The notes under the pieces were generated by a model. That model was given only the letters and a program-made list of their open reading frames with translations. It ran no database searches and had not been told where the DNA came from. DNA of 63,721 bases from Fonticula alba ATCC 38817. Its lineage: Eukaryota > Protista > Nucleariida. Below, piece after piece: positions 1-11,948 of the stretch. Numbering within the stretch: position 1 is the first letter of the stretch; every line of letters begins with the position of its first letter. The DNA lies in assembly GCA_000388065.2 (NCBI GenBank), contig KB932204.1. The stretch is one strand, 5' to 3'. Position numbers and translations under genes: made by a program.

Positions 1-44
<44 letters not shown>

Positions 45-165
45 AGTTGAGTGACAAGACAGACACGTTTGTTTGCCTTGCCTTCTCCACGCCAGCTGCC
101 GCTACCGTCACTTCCGTCGCTCCCGCCGCCTCACCGCAGCACCATCCCCCTCCCAGAGAGGCGCC

Positions 166-275
166 ATGAGCTCCCGCCGTCGCTCGGCTAACAGCCCCAA
201 CAATGGGGCCTACCTGACGGTTGCCGACCGGAAGGTACGGTGTCAGGCGTCTTTCTCTCCTACTGACTGCATGAG

Positions 276-311
<36 letters not shown>

Positions 312-2969
312 TGCGGACATGCACACATCCGAGCGCACCCTCTGTCCGTTGTCTGACTCTCTTCCCACCTGCTGGCCAGAATTCCGACAAGAACCGCCAG
401 AAGAATCTCTTCAACAATGACACCAGCGCCATCTCCATCTTCGGCGGGGACCATCCGATCAACAACTTTGCCCCCTCGCAGAAGATGATCGACATCAAGT
501 CCATCGATGAGGAGCAGCTTCGCATTCTAATCGATGGACGGACGTTCGATGCCGGTGTACGCGCGCGCGCATGCGATCATCCTCACCTGCGCCCCCCACC
601 CCCTCCCCTCGCTTGAGCGAGTTTCAGCCCGAGGCTCACGACCACCTCCCCTCCCCCTCCCCACACCCACCCTGTCACAATCACAGTATCTCCCCCACAA
701 GCACACCACTCCCATCGAGGTGCAGATTTACATCCGCCCTCGTAGCTTGTGTGTGCTGGATAAGAAGTCCCAGGTGCGCATCTCCCCCCCCCGCCCCCTC
801 CCCCTCGCTGGGTCCCCCTTTCCTCCAGCCAGTCTCATTCCCTCCCCTTCCCCCGGTTCCTGTGTGCTTACGTCTCCTCTTCTTCGTCCCCCCTCCCCCC
901 TCGCCCTCTCTCTCTCTCTCCCCCCCTCTCCTCATGCGCGCAGGTGGTCCTGGACGAGTTCGACTTGACCCGTATTCTGCAGTACTCCTTCAATCCCACG
1001 CAGTCTACCTTCTCCCTGTACTACATGAGCAACGATGACGGTTCTCGCTGCGACCGCTATGTCTTCCGCTCGGAGCATGTGCGTCTCTGCCATCCTGTCA
1101 TATGCCTCCTATGTGCACCCCTTACGCCATTCGTTGGTTCCCTCCTCTTTGTCGAATGCTTTCGCTGACTTCCCGCTGCTTGCCCTCCTTGTCAACACAC
1201 GCACACGCACACGCACACGCACACACGATCCATCCCCACCCGGCACAGTACTTCGCCATCCATGAGTTCCTCAACATTGTCATTCAGCTGGTGCTCCAGT
1301 CGCAGCAGGCCATGGTGCCAGATGGCGCACAGCCGGCCGCCGGATCGGGTGCCGATGCCGAGGGCGGTGTTGCCCAAGCCGAGGGCGCCCAGCCCAATGA
1401 TGGCAGCGGTGCTGTCACTGCTGTCGCTGCCGCCGCCGATCCCAAGCTGACCGATGAGGCTGGCAGCTTCTTCCCCCCGGCCGGTGACATGCCCGTCCCG
1501 GCCGCTTCCTCAGCCGCCGAGTCTGCCGAGTCAGGTGCGAATCGGCTCCTCGCCATCTTTGATCCCCCTCCCTCCACTCCGACCAGTCCTGATGGCGGGT
1601 CCGGGGCAACTCCAGCAGCTCCCACTGGCGATAGCGAGGCCGCCAAGAGCAAGCTCGTTTCGGATGCCACACTCCAGCGCTCGCAAAAGACCAAGGACTA
1701 CTTTGAGACCCGCTACCGCAACCAGGACCCCTCGGCTGTCCGGGGCTCCCTCCTGAAGGATCGCATGCTCTCCGGTGGGTGTACGTGCCTTTCCCTCCCA
1801 CTCCTCCACCCCCCCTCCCTCTCTCTCTCCCCTCCCTCAGCCAGCCAGCCAGCCAGCCAGCCAAAGTCCTGCCCAGGAGCCTCCTCCTTCTTCCTTCATT
1901 TCATGTTTCCATTTCTCCAGTCCCTCCTTGTCCTTCCTTCCGTTGTACTTGAGTGTGTCCATCATGTGCGAGTGTTCGTGCCCATACGTCTCGGCGTATC
2001 TCTCTCTCTCTCTCTCTCTCTCTGTCTCCCCCCTCCTGCCTATGTGCATATCTGTATGTGTGTGTATGTGTGTGTATGTGTGTGTATGTGTGTGTATGTG
2101 TGTGTGTGTCCGTGTGTTTTTGTGGACATGCGTCCTCGTGTGAGTAAATGTCCCTGCATGACCATGCGTCCCTCTCCCCGGCTGTCGCTCTCGGAAGTGA
2201 AAGCCTCCTGGTATGTCAGCAGGATACCCTGACGGGCTTACTTGACAATGGGCCGGTGCCCAGTGAATCGGCCCCACCTCCGTCCGATCCTGGTGCCTGG
2301 CCGGTTAGGGTTTCCTCGCATGTGCTTATTTCTCGACCTCTCCCTCTCCACACATGTGGATTTGTGGCGAAGCGAGCCCAGTGACATGGCTTGGGTAGGT
2401 GTCGCGCCCTGGCAAGCAGGCAATTCCGGCGACATGCTGTGACCGGGCACAGAGGGACTCAATCCCATGGCAAAGAGCGATACAGAGGCCATGTAAAGTG
2501 CATGATGGAGTCAGGCCTTGTATGGCCCTCTTCCTTCCGCCTTTGTGAGAGGGAGTATCCCTGTGCATCGCTCAGCTTTCATGCGCGCATCTACATGCGC
2601 TCTCTCCTTTCTTCCCTTCTTTCTCCCAGAGTGCTGTGCTCCAACATCGGAGTGGATGTCCCGCGTTGGCTGCACTTGGCGCCTCTCATTGCGGCCCAAC
2701 TACCTACCTGCCTATCTACCTTTCTTTCCAGTTTCCCTCCTCCCCCTCTCTCGTCCCACCTAGTGATTCAGGCTCCTCGCTCTCGATGTCCTTAGAGCAG
2801 GAGGACGCCACGCATGAGGTCAGCCCATCCCTTCAGCAAGAATCGCACGCATCAGCCACAAGCGTTTCTTGCATGCTTCTGCCTCCATGTCCTGCCTTCT
2901 TCTCGCCTCCCATCCCCTTTCCCTTCCTCCTCCTCTTTTCTGGCGGCCTGGCATTCTCTCCCTCCTCCT

Positions 2970-3006
<37 letters not shown>

Positions 3007-6000
3007 TTTCTCCCCCCTCTTTTCCATCCAACGCACCTGCCGATCACACCAGCTATTGTTCCCTTGCTCACCCTTTGCCCTCGCTTGCTCTCTCTTTCTC
3101 CTTCCCCCTTTCCCTATCTCTTTCTCTCCTTGCATCCATGTGTTGCTCTCCTCCCCCTCCACTTCCTGTCTCTTTCCCCCTGTTGTCTGTCGGTGTCTAT
3201 GTCCCCTCTTGTGCACACGTACATCGGGTTCCCTGGCTTGCCATGCTGTGCCTTTGCTCTCCTCGATCCCCCTCTTTCCTCCTTCTCTCCCCCTGCCTGT
3301 CCTTCGCTTCCTATTCGTCAGTGTCTTTTTGCGAGAGAGCAAATCGGTTTTGGTGATGGCGGTGGTGGTCCAAGTGTCCTTTTCCTCTGCTGTGCTCTGC
3401 TGCTGCCGCCTCCTCCCTCCCCCCCTCCCTCCCTCTCTTTCCCCTCTTGCTCCTTTTCTTGGGCATCCAAAGCTGACACTATTCCCCCCCCCCCCCCCAC
3501 CCCCCCCCTCCGTACCCAACCACGCACACATACGGGCATGCATACGGGCATGCATACGGGCATGCATCGAGGCGGGCCGGCCAGAAGCCACATGCGAGAC
3601 AGGGGGGACTGTGGAGCAGGGGGAGGAGGCGTCGCGACAATCAACTACATTGGTTGCGTTCCCATCTCCCACGCCTCCCCCCCCCCCCTGCGCGCACCCC
3701 TCGCGGATGCAATCACAGCGACAGCCCCAGAGTCGCCGGGTGCTCTGCAGCCTCCCCTGCCGCGCGAGTCAACCGAGCCTGAGCACCAGTCGACACCGGG
3801 TTCTCAGGGCGGGTCAACCGGCAAGAAGGCCGGGTCCCTGCGGCTGCAGGGGCTCCTCCTGGACTGGGGTACCATGCGCCAGCGCAAGCCGCGCCCGGTG
3901 ACCGGCGAGGGCACCGACTCCGGCAAGTACGGCGTGCCGCCTGCTCCGCCGACTGCCGGCAGTCCTGGCAGTGGCCGGGGCTCGGCCATCGGCAACCTCT
4001 ACAACCCTTCGTCCATGGAGGAGATCACCAACCGCTTTGACAAGAATGGCAAGGTGATCCTCAACCGGCGGATGATCGAAAACCGCTACCAGGTGTCCAC
4101 CGGCACGCTGGAGGGGCTGATTGATTATCTGGCGGATCTGAACTCCCCCGACTCGATGTTCATCAATGACTTCCTGCAGTCCTTCCGGAACTTCATGACC
4201 CCGACGGCACTGTTCGAGCGTCTGACCAACCGCTTCTGGATGCCGGGCGTGGTGATCTCCACGGATCCGGCCCCGTCGAAGCAGTCGACCCTCGGCAAGA
4301 AGGACAAGAAGCCTGGCGAGCCGGAGGTTGATGTGGCTATCTGTCTGGACGCGGGGACCGTCATCACCAAGGATGTGCAGGAGCTCATCCGGTTCCGGTG
4401 CGTATCCCAGGCCACCGGTGCTCAGCTTCCCCCCCCCCCCCCCACACACACATCCTTCATGCGAGAGAGAGTCCGGCATGCTTTTATCCTGGCTGACCCT
4501 CTGTCATTTGTCTGTATATGCTTTGTGCCGACCACCTGCGTCCGCCCTTGTGTCTGTGCCCTCAGTGTCCTTTCCGTGATCAAGAAGTGGGTCGACCGCC
4601 ACTGGTATGATTTCGAGAACCTCGAGCTGCTGCGGCTCCTGCGGACCTTCGTCACGGAGATTTCCGACCATGGCTTCGGCGTCGTGGCCGAGCAGATCAA
4701 CATCAAGATCAATGGCATTGTGCGTGTCCCCGGGTCATGTTTTTTTTTCCTTCTTCTCGCGTCTCTCTCCCTCTCCCTCCCTCTCCCTCTCCCTTCTCGG
4801 TGTCGACACACTCCCCTTCTGTCCGTGGCTATTTTCAACTGACCTTTCCCTGCTCCCTTCGCCTTTTCCTTCCTTGCACATGTGTGCGGCCTTTGCCTCG
4901 ACTCCTCGGCCTCCTTCCCCCCCCCCCCCCCCTGTCCCTCGAACAGCCCCGCCTCCGCTCCGAAATGATGCGCGAGGCTGACCTCAGCTTCGGCAAGATT
5001 GTCAACCTGGACCTGTTCTCTGTGACGCCGAAGGAGCTGGCCCGGCACCTGACCATGGTGTCCATCGCCAAGTTCAATCGCATCATCCCGGACGAGTTTG
5101 CCATCCTCCTCTGGGGCTCCAAGGAGGAGCGGGTAACCATGACGCCAAACCTGACGCACTTCATCAATCGCTTCAATGACATTGGCTATTGGGTGGCCAC
5201 CGAGCTGTGTCGGGTGGAGGACCTCCGCCGGCGGGCCCAGCTGATGGAGATGTTCATCCAGGTGGCGCGGTATTGCCTGAAGTACCAGAACTTCAATGAC
5301 CTGATTGCCATCCTGTCCGGGCTTCAAACGATCCCGATCTACCGGCTGCGCAAGACCTGGGCCGCTCTGTCTCAACGGTCGCTGAACCTCTTCCGGGAGC
5401 TGGAGGCCAAGGTGTCGCCGGACAACAACTACAAGGCCTACCGGACGCTGGAGTACAGCGCCCCGACGCCGCGCATTCCCTTCTTCGGCTTGTGCCTGAA
5501 GGATCTCACATTCATGAACGATGGTAACCAGACGATCCTGGTCAATGGCATGATCAACTTCGAGAAGTACCTGCTGGTCATGGGGAAGATCATGGAAATT
5601 CGCGTGAGCCAGGAGAGCAATTACAACTTCCCCAAGAATGAGTCGCTTATGGCCTATTGCGATCTGCTGCTCCACGAGTCGGAGGATGAGCTGACCGACA
5701 AGTCCTACGTGCTGGAGCCCTCGACTCGGCCCATGCGGCGGGTGTCGGTGTCCAGCGTGTCCAGCTCGCAGAGCACCGCCAGCGATGCGACCACCGTCGC
5801 GCCGAGCATCTACTCGGCGACCGATGCCTACCCGGGCAGTGATGATACCTCGGCCAGCAGTGTGATCCTTTCCTCTTCGGCATCGTCCATTTCCAGTGTG
5901 ACTTCCTCGCCGGCGTCTGGCGCCCCGGCGCCCATCTCCTCGGCTGCTGCCAACCAGGCCGCCGGGGCTGATGACTTGTCCTCGAGTTTGTCGTCGATGT

Positions 6001-6083
6001 CACTGCGTGGGGCTGACACTTCGAGCGTTGACGGCGGCGCCAGCATCCTTGGCACCAGTGACAGTTCTACCGGCGCCTGGTAA
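166..6083 (+). CDS. Ras-family guanine nucleotide exchange factor: N-terminal PH/FERM-C-like domain, REM (RasGEF_N) and CDC25 domains; multi-exon
   Basis: Manual splice: 166-234, 380-556, about 687-772, about 944-1078, about 1250-1774, then 3719-4397, 4566-4719 and 4947-6083. REM motifs GTLEGLIDYLAD...FINDFLQSFRNFMTPTALFERLTNRF and VLSVIKKWVDRHWYDF. CDC25 motifs TPKELARHLTMVS, FNDIGYWVATEL, NFNDLIAILSGLQ..PIYRLRKTW, PRIPFFGLCLKDLTFMNDGN...INFEK. Exon content between 1775 and 3718 is unresolved, so the 5' part could be a separate gene. Confidence 0.85.
3529..3567. repeat. 12-bp tandem repeat (CATACGGGCATG)x3
   Basis: Read directly from the sequence; lies in a probable RasGEF intron. Confidence 0.9.
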
Positions 6084-6299
6084 AATGCGGCAATTTCCTT
6101 TTCTCTCCCTCCCCCCCCCTCTCCCTCTCTCTCCTCCTCTCCGCTCCTCCCCTCCTCCCCTCCTCCATTCTTCTCCATCTCTTCCTCCCTCCCCCTCCCC
6201 CCGACTGTTTCCCCTCTGTTGCATGGCCACATGCCGATGTACTGTTGCGACGCGTGTGTGCGAGACGAAGTGGGGGAGCATCAATCGGAGGAGGGGGAG

Positions 6300-6340
<41 letters not shown>

Positions 6341-7420
6341 ACTCTGATACGCGCATACGCGTGTATCGTGCGCCCATGCTTGCCCATAAACATTCAAACA
6401 CACAGATATCCATTTCCCCCTTCCTTCCTTCTCGTTGCGTGTTATGGTTATGTTGGTGTGTCGCCGTGTGCCATACGCCCCTCCATATTCGAATGCCTTG
6501 CATGCACTCGTGTGGTTGTGTGTGTCCTCTGCATGCCCTCTTCCTTCATTGTTCCTTGTCCTTCTCTCCCTCCCTTGCACTCGGGCGCGTCTCCCTTGAG
6601 AGCTTCCTGCCGCGTGCGAGGGGTGAACACCCCCCCTCGCTATTTCCCCTTTCTCCCCTTCGGCAAGCAGGCCGCTGTTGTCCCCCCTTGGCATCCGTGT
6701 CTCCTTTGCGGGTGCGCACCACCCACCAAAGGTGGGAGGGGCGGGCAATGGCGGGGGAGAGATGCACATGCGCACATGCGCACAAACGCACATGCGGGCC
6801 TGTGTATCCCCCCGCCCATCATCTTCTTACGCAAAAATACACACCTGTCTATATTATTTCTCCCTGAGATTCACTTTCTTCGGTCCGCCTTGTGGTGATG
6901 CGCTTCGCCGATTGATATTCTCTGACCCGGTGGCGGGCCTTTGAACGGTCCCGCCCCCCGCCCCTCCCCCCTCGCCCCTGTAGTCCCCGCGGTGGGGGGG
7001 GCGCGGGGCGCGGGGCGCGGGGGGGGGGTCTCCCCCACCCGGCCGTCCGGGGCCGTGCCGGCGCGGCGGGAGGACAAAAAGATACCGGGGGCTGGGTCAG
7101 ATGCGATCAGCAAATTGTCACGCGCGCCGCCCGGCAGCGTACAGGCCGANNNNNNNNNNNNNNNNNNNNNNNNNNNNNNNNNNNNNNNNNNNNNNNNNNN
7201 NNNNNNNNNNNNNNNNNNNNNNNNNNNNNNNNNNNNNNNNNNNNNNNNNNNNNNNNNNNNNNNNNNNNNNNNNNNNNNNNNNNNNNNNNNNNNNNNNNNN
7301 NNNNNNNNNNNNNNNNNNNNNNNNNNNNNNNNNNNNNNNNNNNNNNNNNNNNNNNNNNNNNNNNNNNNNNNNNNNNNNNNNNNNNNNNNNNNNNNNNNNN
7401 NNNNNNNNNNNNNNNNNNNN

Positions 7421-7516
7421 TCTCTCTCTCTCTCTCTTTCTCTCTCTCCCTCTCTCTCAATCGACCGGGTTCCCGGTGGTCGAGAGCTGCCGCGCCACCG
7501 CGGCGGCGGCGGCGGA
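7421..7516 (+). repeat. 96-bp segment identical to 9551-9646
   Basis: (TC)n-CAATCGACCGGGTTCCCGGTGGTCGAGAGCTGCCGCGCCACCG(CGG)n is seen at both positions with offset 2130. This copy starts immediately after an N gap. Confidence 0.9.
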
Positions 7517-8966
7517 GAACTTTCGCGCAGCCCCTCGAACAATCCTGGGCCCTGGTTTGCAGCGGATCGAGGGCTGGTTTCGGTGCAGGAACAAGGTGCT
7601 GAGGGCCTGCTGTGCGCCCGCGTGCGGCTATGTAAGCGCGCGTGTGGCTCGCGGTGTGTGGTTGGAGTTGGGCATCCTCGACCGGCTTCATCTTCCTGGG
7701 CGATCGATCGCCCGCTACCCCTCACTGCCCAGATATGTAAAATGTGCCCGCCCGTCCAGGATGGGCCGGGGGGGGGGGGGTGCACATGTGGATGAGCCGG
7801 CTTTTGTGCGGGTGGTGGGGGGGGGGGGGGGGTATTCCGCGGGGGGGGGGGGGGAAGCGGGGGTCGAGCGAGGGGGGCCGGGGGGGTGGTCTTCCCCCCC
7901 CCCCCCCCCCTCGACCTCCCTCTCATCGAATGAGCTGGATGAGATGCCCCCCGCTCAATGAAGCAAGATCGGCCGCTTTTCCTCGCTGTCCTCGGCACAC
8001 ACCAAAGGCGCCAAAAGGCCCCGGGAAATCGGGCCAACAGGACACGAGGGGGCAGGTGACTCGAGCAGCGTGTCCTGTCCTCGGGGGTGTTCTCCTCCCG
8101 GCTGGCTGTCTTCGCCCCGGGGGGTGGGGCGGGGTAGGCGGAGGGGGGGACGAGGGACATGGGCTCGCCTGGCGTTCTCCGCTTTCGAACAGGAAGCGGC
8201 TGGGGGGGGGGGGAGGGCATCGCGCCTATGCCTTGGGCCGGAGAGAGTTCTCCTGCCTGCCGGTTGTTGGTGGGGCCCCAGGACTTGTGACGAGGTGTGC
8301 TCCGGGGTTCTGGCACCGATAAGCCTGGCCCAGCCGCGGGGTGGGTGCGTTCGAAGGCATGGCCACGGCCAGAGGTCCGCCCCATGACGCCCCCCGGGGC
8401 GCTGGCATATCCCCCCGCCCTGCCTCCCCCTGCCTGTTCTACCGAGGAAATGGAGGTTCTAGGGGAGCCCGATGGGAGAAGCAGGGGGGGGGGGGGGGCA
8501 CAGGGCCGGCGTGATGGACAGCTGCTCTACTGCACGCGCACGGACGAGCGACACTCGCTTGGGTTGAGCTGTTGCCCCCCTCTCAGCAGGGGGGGGGGGG
8601 GGGGGGCCCTTCGAGCTGTCTGTCCGGAGGGGTCTCTCCGCACGGGTCGTACTGTGCGGGGGGCACATGCCCCCCCATCTCCAGGCCTGTCGGTCCTCCC
8701 TCTTCTCCCGTCGCCGGGCCTCACCGGCCAGGCCACCCGCCCGCCGACCGAAAGCTTTGATACCCCCCCCGCCCATCCCGGGATGTTGTACTATCAAGTG
8801 TTGATGCGCGGCCCGGCCATGATTCGGCAGCGCAGCCGGAGCGTGACCCATGGGGTCGACTCTGGGGAGACCCGCGGATAGCAAGCGAGCGACTCCCCAT
8901 ATAGGTGGGGCCGCGGGCAACAGTTCGAATTATTGGCCAGGCAGACAAGAAAGACGGGCAGCATGG

Positions 8967-9003
<37 letters not shown>

Positions 9004-9200
9004 TGGGTGTGCGCGCGCGAGTAGGAGTCCGCGTGTGGATGCAGGTGTATATGGGTGTAGGTGTGAGTGTGAGCGGAAAGGCGGGGGGGGGGGCGGCCTC
9101 CTGCCGCAGTGTCCCTGCGGCCCGATTTCCCTCCGCTCCGCGCCCTTCGCCTTGTGTGTGTGTGTGTATGTGTTTGGGCGCGCGCGAGTGTCCCTGGCAA

Positions 9201-9530
9201 TCCTCGTCTGGCCCTTGTTTTTTCGGTCCATGGCCGAGGGGGCCTCGCGCCCGCCCCGAGGGAGGCCCTCAAGGGCCGTACTCTCATGGCCCGATGAGTT
9301 GGCAGGCGCGCCACTATGCCATAAACCTGTCGTCCAGCCCGGCTGTGTCCCTGGGCCCGGTTTTCTCCTCGTCTGGCCCTTGTTTTTTCGGTCCATGGCC
9401 GAGGGGGCCTCGCGCCCGCCCCGAGGGAGGCCCTCAAGGGCCGTACTCTCATGGCCCGATGAGTTGGCAGGCGCGCCACTATGCCATAAACCTGTCGTCC
9501 AGCCCGGCTGTGTCCCTGGGCCCGGTTTTC
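9201..9530 (+). repeat. Tandem direct duplication, 2 x 165 bp
   Basis: TCCTCGTCTGGCCCTTG...GGGCCCGGTTTTC occurs at 9201-9365 and 9366-9530. It shows up as duplicated peptides in the overlapping ORF translations. Confidence 0.9.
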
Positions 9531-9550
9531 GCTCGTGTTCCCGTGCCCTG

Positions 9551-9646
9551 TCTCTCTCTCTCTCTCTTTCTCTCTCTCCCTCTCTCTCAATCGACCGGGT
9601 TCCCGGTGGTCGAGAGCTGCCGCGCCACCGCGGCGGCGGCGGCGGA
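9551..9646 (+). repeat. Second copy of the 96-bp segment; a partial third copy is at 9666-9723
   Basis: Direct sequence comparison with 7421-7516. Confidence 0.9.
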
Positions 9647-9665
9647 AGATCGGAAGAGCGTCGTG
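9647..9665 (+). other. Illumina adapter sequence (contamination)
   Basis: AGATCGGAAGAGCGTCGTG matches the start of the standard Illumina TruSeq read-through adapter (AGATCGGAAGAGCGTCGTGTAGGG...). Confidence 0.95.
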
Positions 9666-10167
9666 CAATCGACCGGGTTCCCGGTGGTCGAGAGCTGCCG
9701 CGCCACCGCGGCGGCGGCGGCGGNNNNNNNNNNNNNNNNNNNNNNNNNNNNNNNNNNNNNNNNNNNNNNNNNNNNNNNNNNNNNNNNNGCCAGCACGGGC
9801 CCCCGGCGTCGGATAGCGAACAGAGTCCTTCCCGCGTTGTTTGGAGGACTTCTTCGGCATCCCCTTCACCCCCAGCCTCCGCCCGGAGAAGGCTACCCAC
9901 TCCCCTCCTCCTCCTCCTCACCCTCCTCCCCCCCGCGCACACACATACACACATACACACCGACCCGCCTCTTCCCACCCCTTTCGCTCCCCCCCCCTCC
10001 TCCCGCTGCCTTTCCCTCCTGCCCCTTCACCGAGAAGGTGCGTCCGGGCTTTTCAAGCCTTTTCCTTTCTTTTTCTCCTCCGCCGCCCCTCGCCTTCCGT
10101 GCATTTTCCTAACTCCCTTTCACATTCAGGCGAGCAACGACCCGGCGCGCGTGCGTGTCCCCTCCAC

Positions 10168-11948
10168 ATGCTCTCCAAGCGGCCGTTCGACTACGAGCTG
10201 GCCTTCCAGGTCCCGGCTCAAGGCGCCGCACTGCCAGCCCCGGCAGCTCCGGATGCTGCCGGCGACGCCTCCATGCTCATCGACCCGCACTATCCACATC
10301 ACTATCCGAATGCGGCCCGTGTCTCCGGGTCGATGATTGGTGTGCCTAAGCGTTGTCGGTGCGTGCCCCCCCCCCCCCCCCCCCCCTTTGCACACATAGT
10401 GTTGGTTGCTTTCGCTGCCTTCATCCGCCTTCTCTCTCCTTCTCTCCTTCCCCTCCTCCACATCCCTTCTTCTCTTCCTCTCCTCCTCCCTATCTCTTCT
10501 TCTCTCTTCTTCTCTCTTCTTCTCTCTTCTTCTCTCTTTCTCTCTCCACTCACCTGGAATCGCCCCCTTCCCCTCCGCCTCTTTCCACTGGGCTGGCTCG
10601 TGTCTTCGATAGTCTTGTCTATAATGCCGCGGTTCCCTCTTCCCCCTGGCCGGGGGCAATGGATTCCCCGGACATCGGCATGACCGATCACCACTTGTCG
10701 CCCGTGCTGGACCCGCTGGCATCCCATGCAGCCAATGCTTTTGGCATCTCGACCGATCGGCATGCCGCCTTCCCGGGGTCTTCGCGCGCGCCGGGAACAC
10801 CCTCACGTGGGTCTCCCCCTCCTCGGCCGTCCACCGCGATTGCGGGCGGTCGCCGCCGCACGGCTCCCTCTCCTCCTCCCGATGATGACGCATCTCTCGG
10901 GACACAGGAGGCCTCCTCCACGGGCGACTCGATGGCCGGTGGCATTGTGCGCCCGGCCACGGCGCGCGCGCGTGTTGGCTCTGCTTCCACGGGTGCCGGC
11001 CCCTCGGCCGGTGGCAACAGCAACCCTCCCGGTGCCGGGGGCTCGAATGGTGGCACGCGCCTGGCCTCCGAGCCGGAGCACCTGCGCTGCTTTGTCCCGA
11101 GCCAGCCCTTCGATTCGGATTCCTTCGTGCATGAAGCACAGGGTGCGCTCGCCCAGACGGCGCGCAAGCGTCTGAACCGGCTTTCGCGAGCCCATCGCCA
11201 CTCGGGAGCCCCGGCGGCTGGCAACGCATCGCCGCCCCCCCGGGCCCGGCGGTCCAGCGTCGACCTGGACATGGACTCCGTGTCGCCGGTCCTCCGGTCG
11301 CTCGGGTTTTCCGGCGGCTCCGCGCCAGCCAGCTCGCCGCCATTCAGCCCACTGTCCTCGTCTCCCGGAATGGGGCTGACTGCGGCCGGGGCCGTTGGCG
11401 CGTGCCTCTCTTGCGGCTCGCGCAATGTCCAAGTCACCGCGCCCCCCACTGGCCCCGTGCGCGTTCCTGGCCTGGGCTCCTCCTCGCTGTCGGCATCGGA
11501 TGTCGGTGGTTCCGATGAGGAGATCTTCCTTCATCCGGCCACCGGCAAGCCGCTATTCACTCAGGAGCAGGCTCGAAGCTTGGTTTCCCGGGCTGCCGAC
11601 GAGCGAGAGCGCCACCTGCGCGAGGAGTTTGCCATCATCCTGCAAAACCAGATGGCCGAGCAGTTTGCCTCCTTCACTCGCTTCAATCAGGACTATCTGG
11701 ACCGGTCAATGCGCGATCGGGACACCAGCTGGAGCTGTACGTTGATTGCCCTTCCTTCCCTTTGGGTTCCAGCGATCGCTCTCCTCTCTCTCTCTCTCTC
11801 TCTCCCTCCCTCTCTCCCTCTGCCCCGGTCGCTCACTGCCCTCTTTACTCACCATCTGCATGCGCACGCTACTTCCTTCTTCCCCTCCCTCCCCCTCTCA
11901 TTTCTCTTCGACTTTGGTTCTCCGGCGGCCCTCTCAGACCTCAACTAG
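10168..11948 (+). CDS. AKIRIN: Akirin homolog
   Basis: Model join(10168-10358, 10613-11736, 11938-11948), all GT-AG and in phase. N-terminal SKRPFDY and PKRCR resemble the akirin LKR..D and PKRRRC motifs. C-terminal LFTQEQARSLVSRAADERERHLREEFAIILQNQMAEQFASFTRFNQDYL...SYLN* aligns by eye with the akirin LFT..QV..ICER..KERE..REEY..IL..KLAEQY..FVKF..DQI...SYVS*. Confidence 0.85.

Noticed and set aside
8920-8935. GTTCGAAT tRNA T-loop-like words (also near 14976)
   Set aside because: There is no cloverleaf, D-arm or acceptor stem around them.
9201-9723. Possible CRISPR-like or LTR-like repeat structure
   Set aside because: There is no repeat-spacer periodicity, no TG...CA LTR ends or target-site duplication that I could see, and no cas or pol genes. 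Adapter and gap context point to assembly artefacts.
9841-10167. Upstream in-frame extension of akirin (MEDFFGIP...)
   Set aside because: It starts at a TTG, is low complexity, and contains an apparent GT-AG intron (about 10038-10129). It is better explained as 5' UTR, since the conserved akirin N-terminus begins at ATG 10168.
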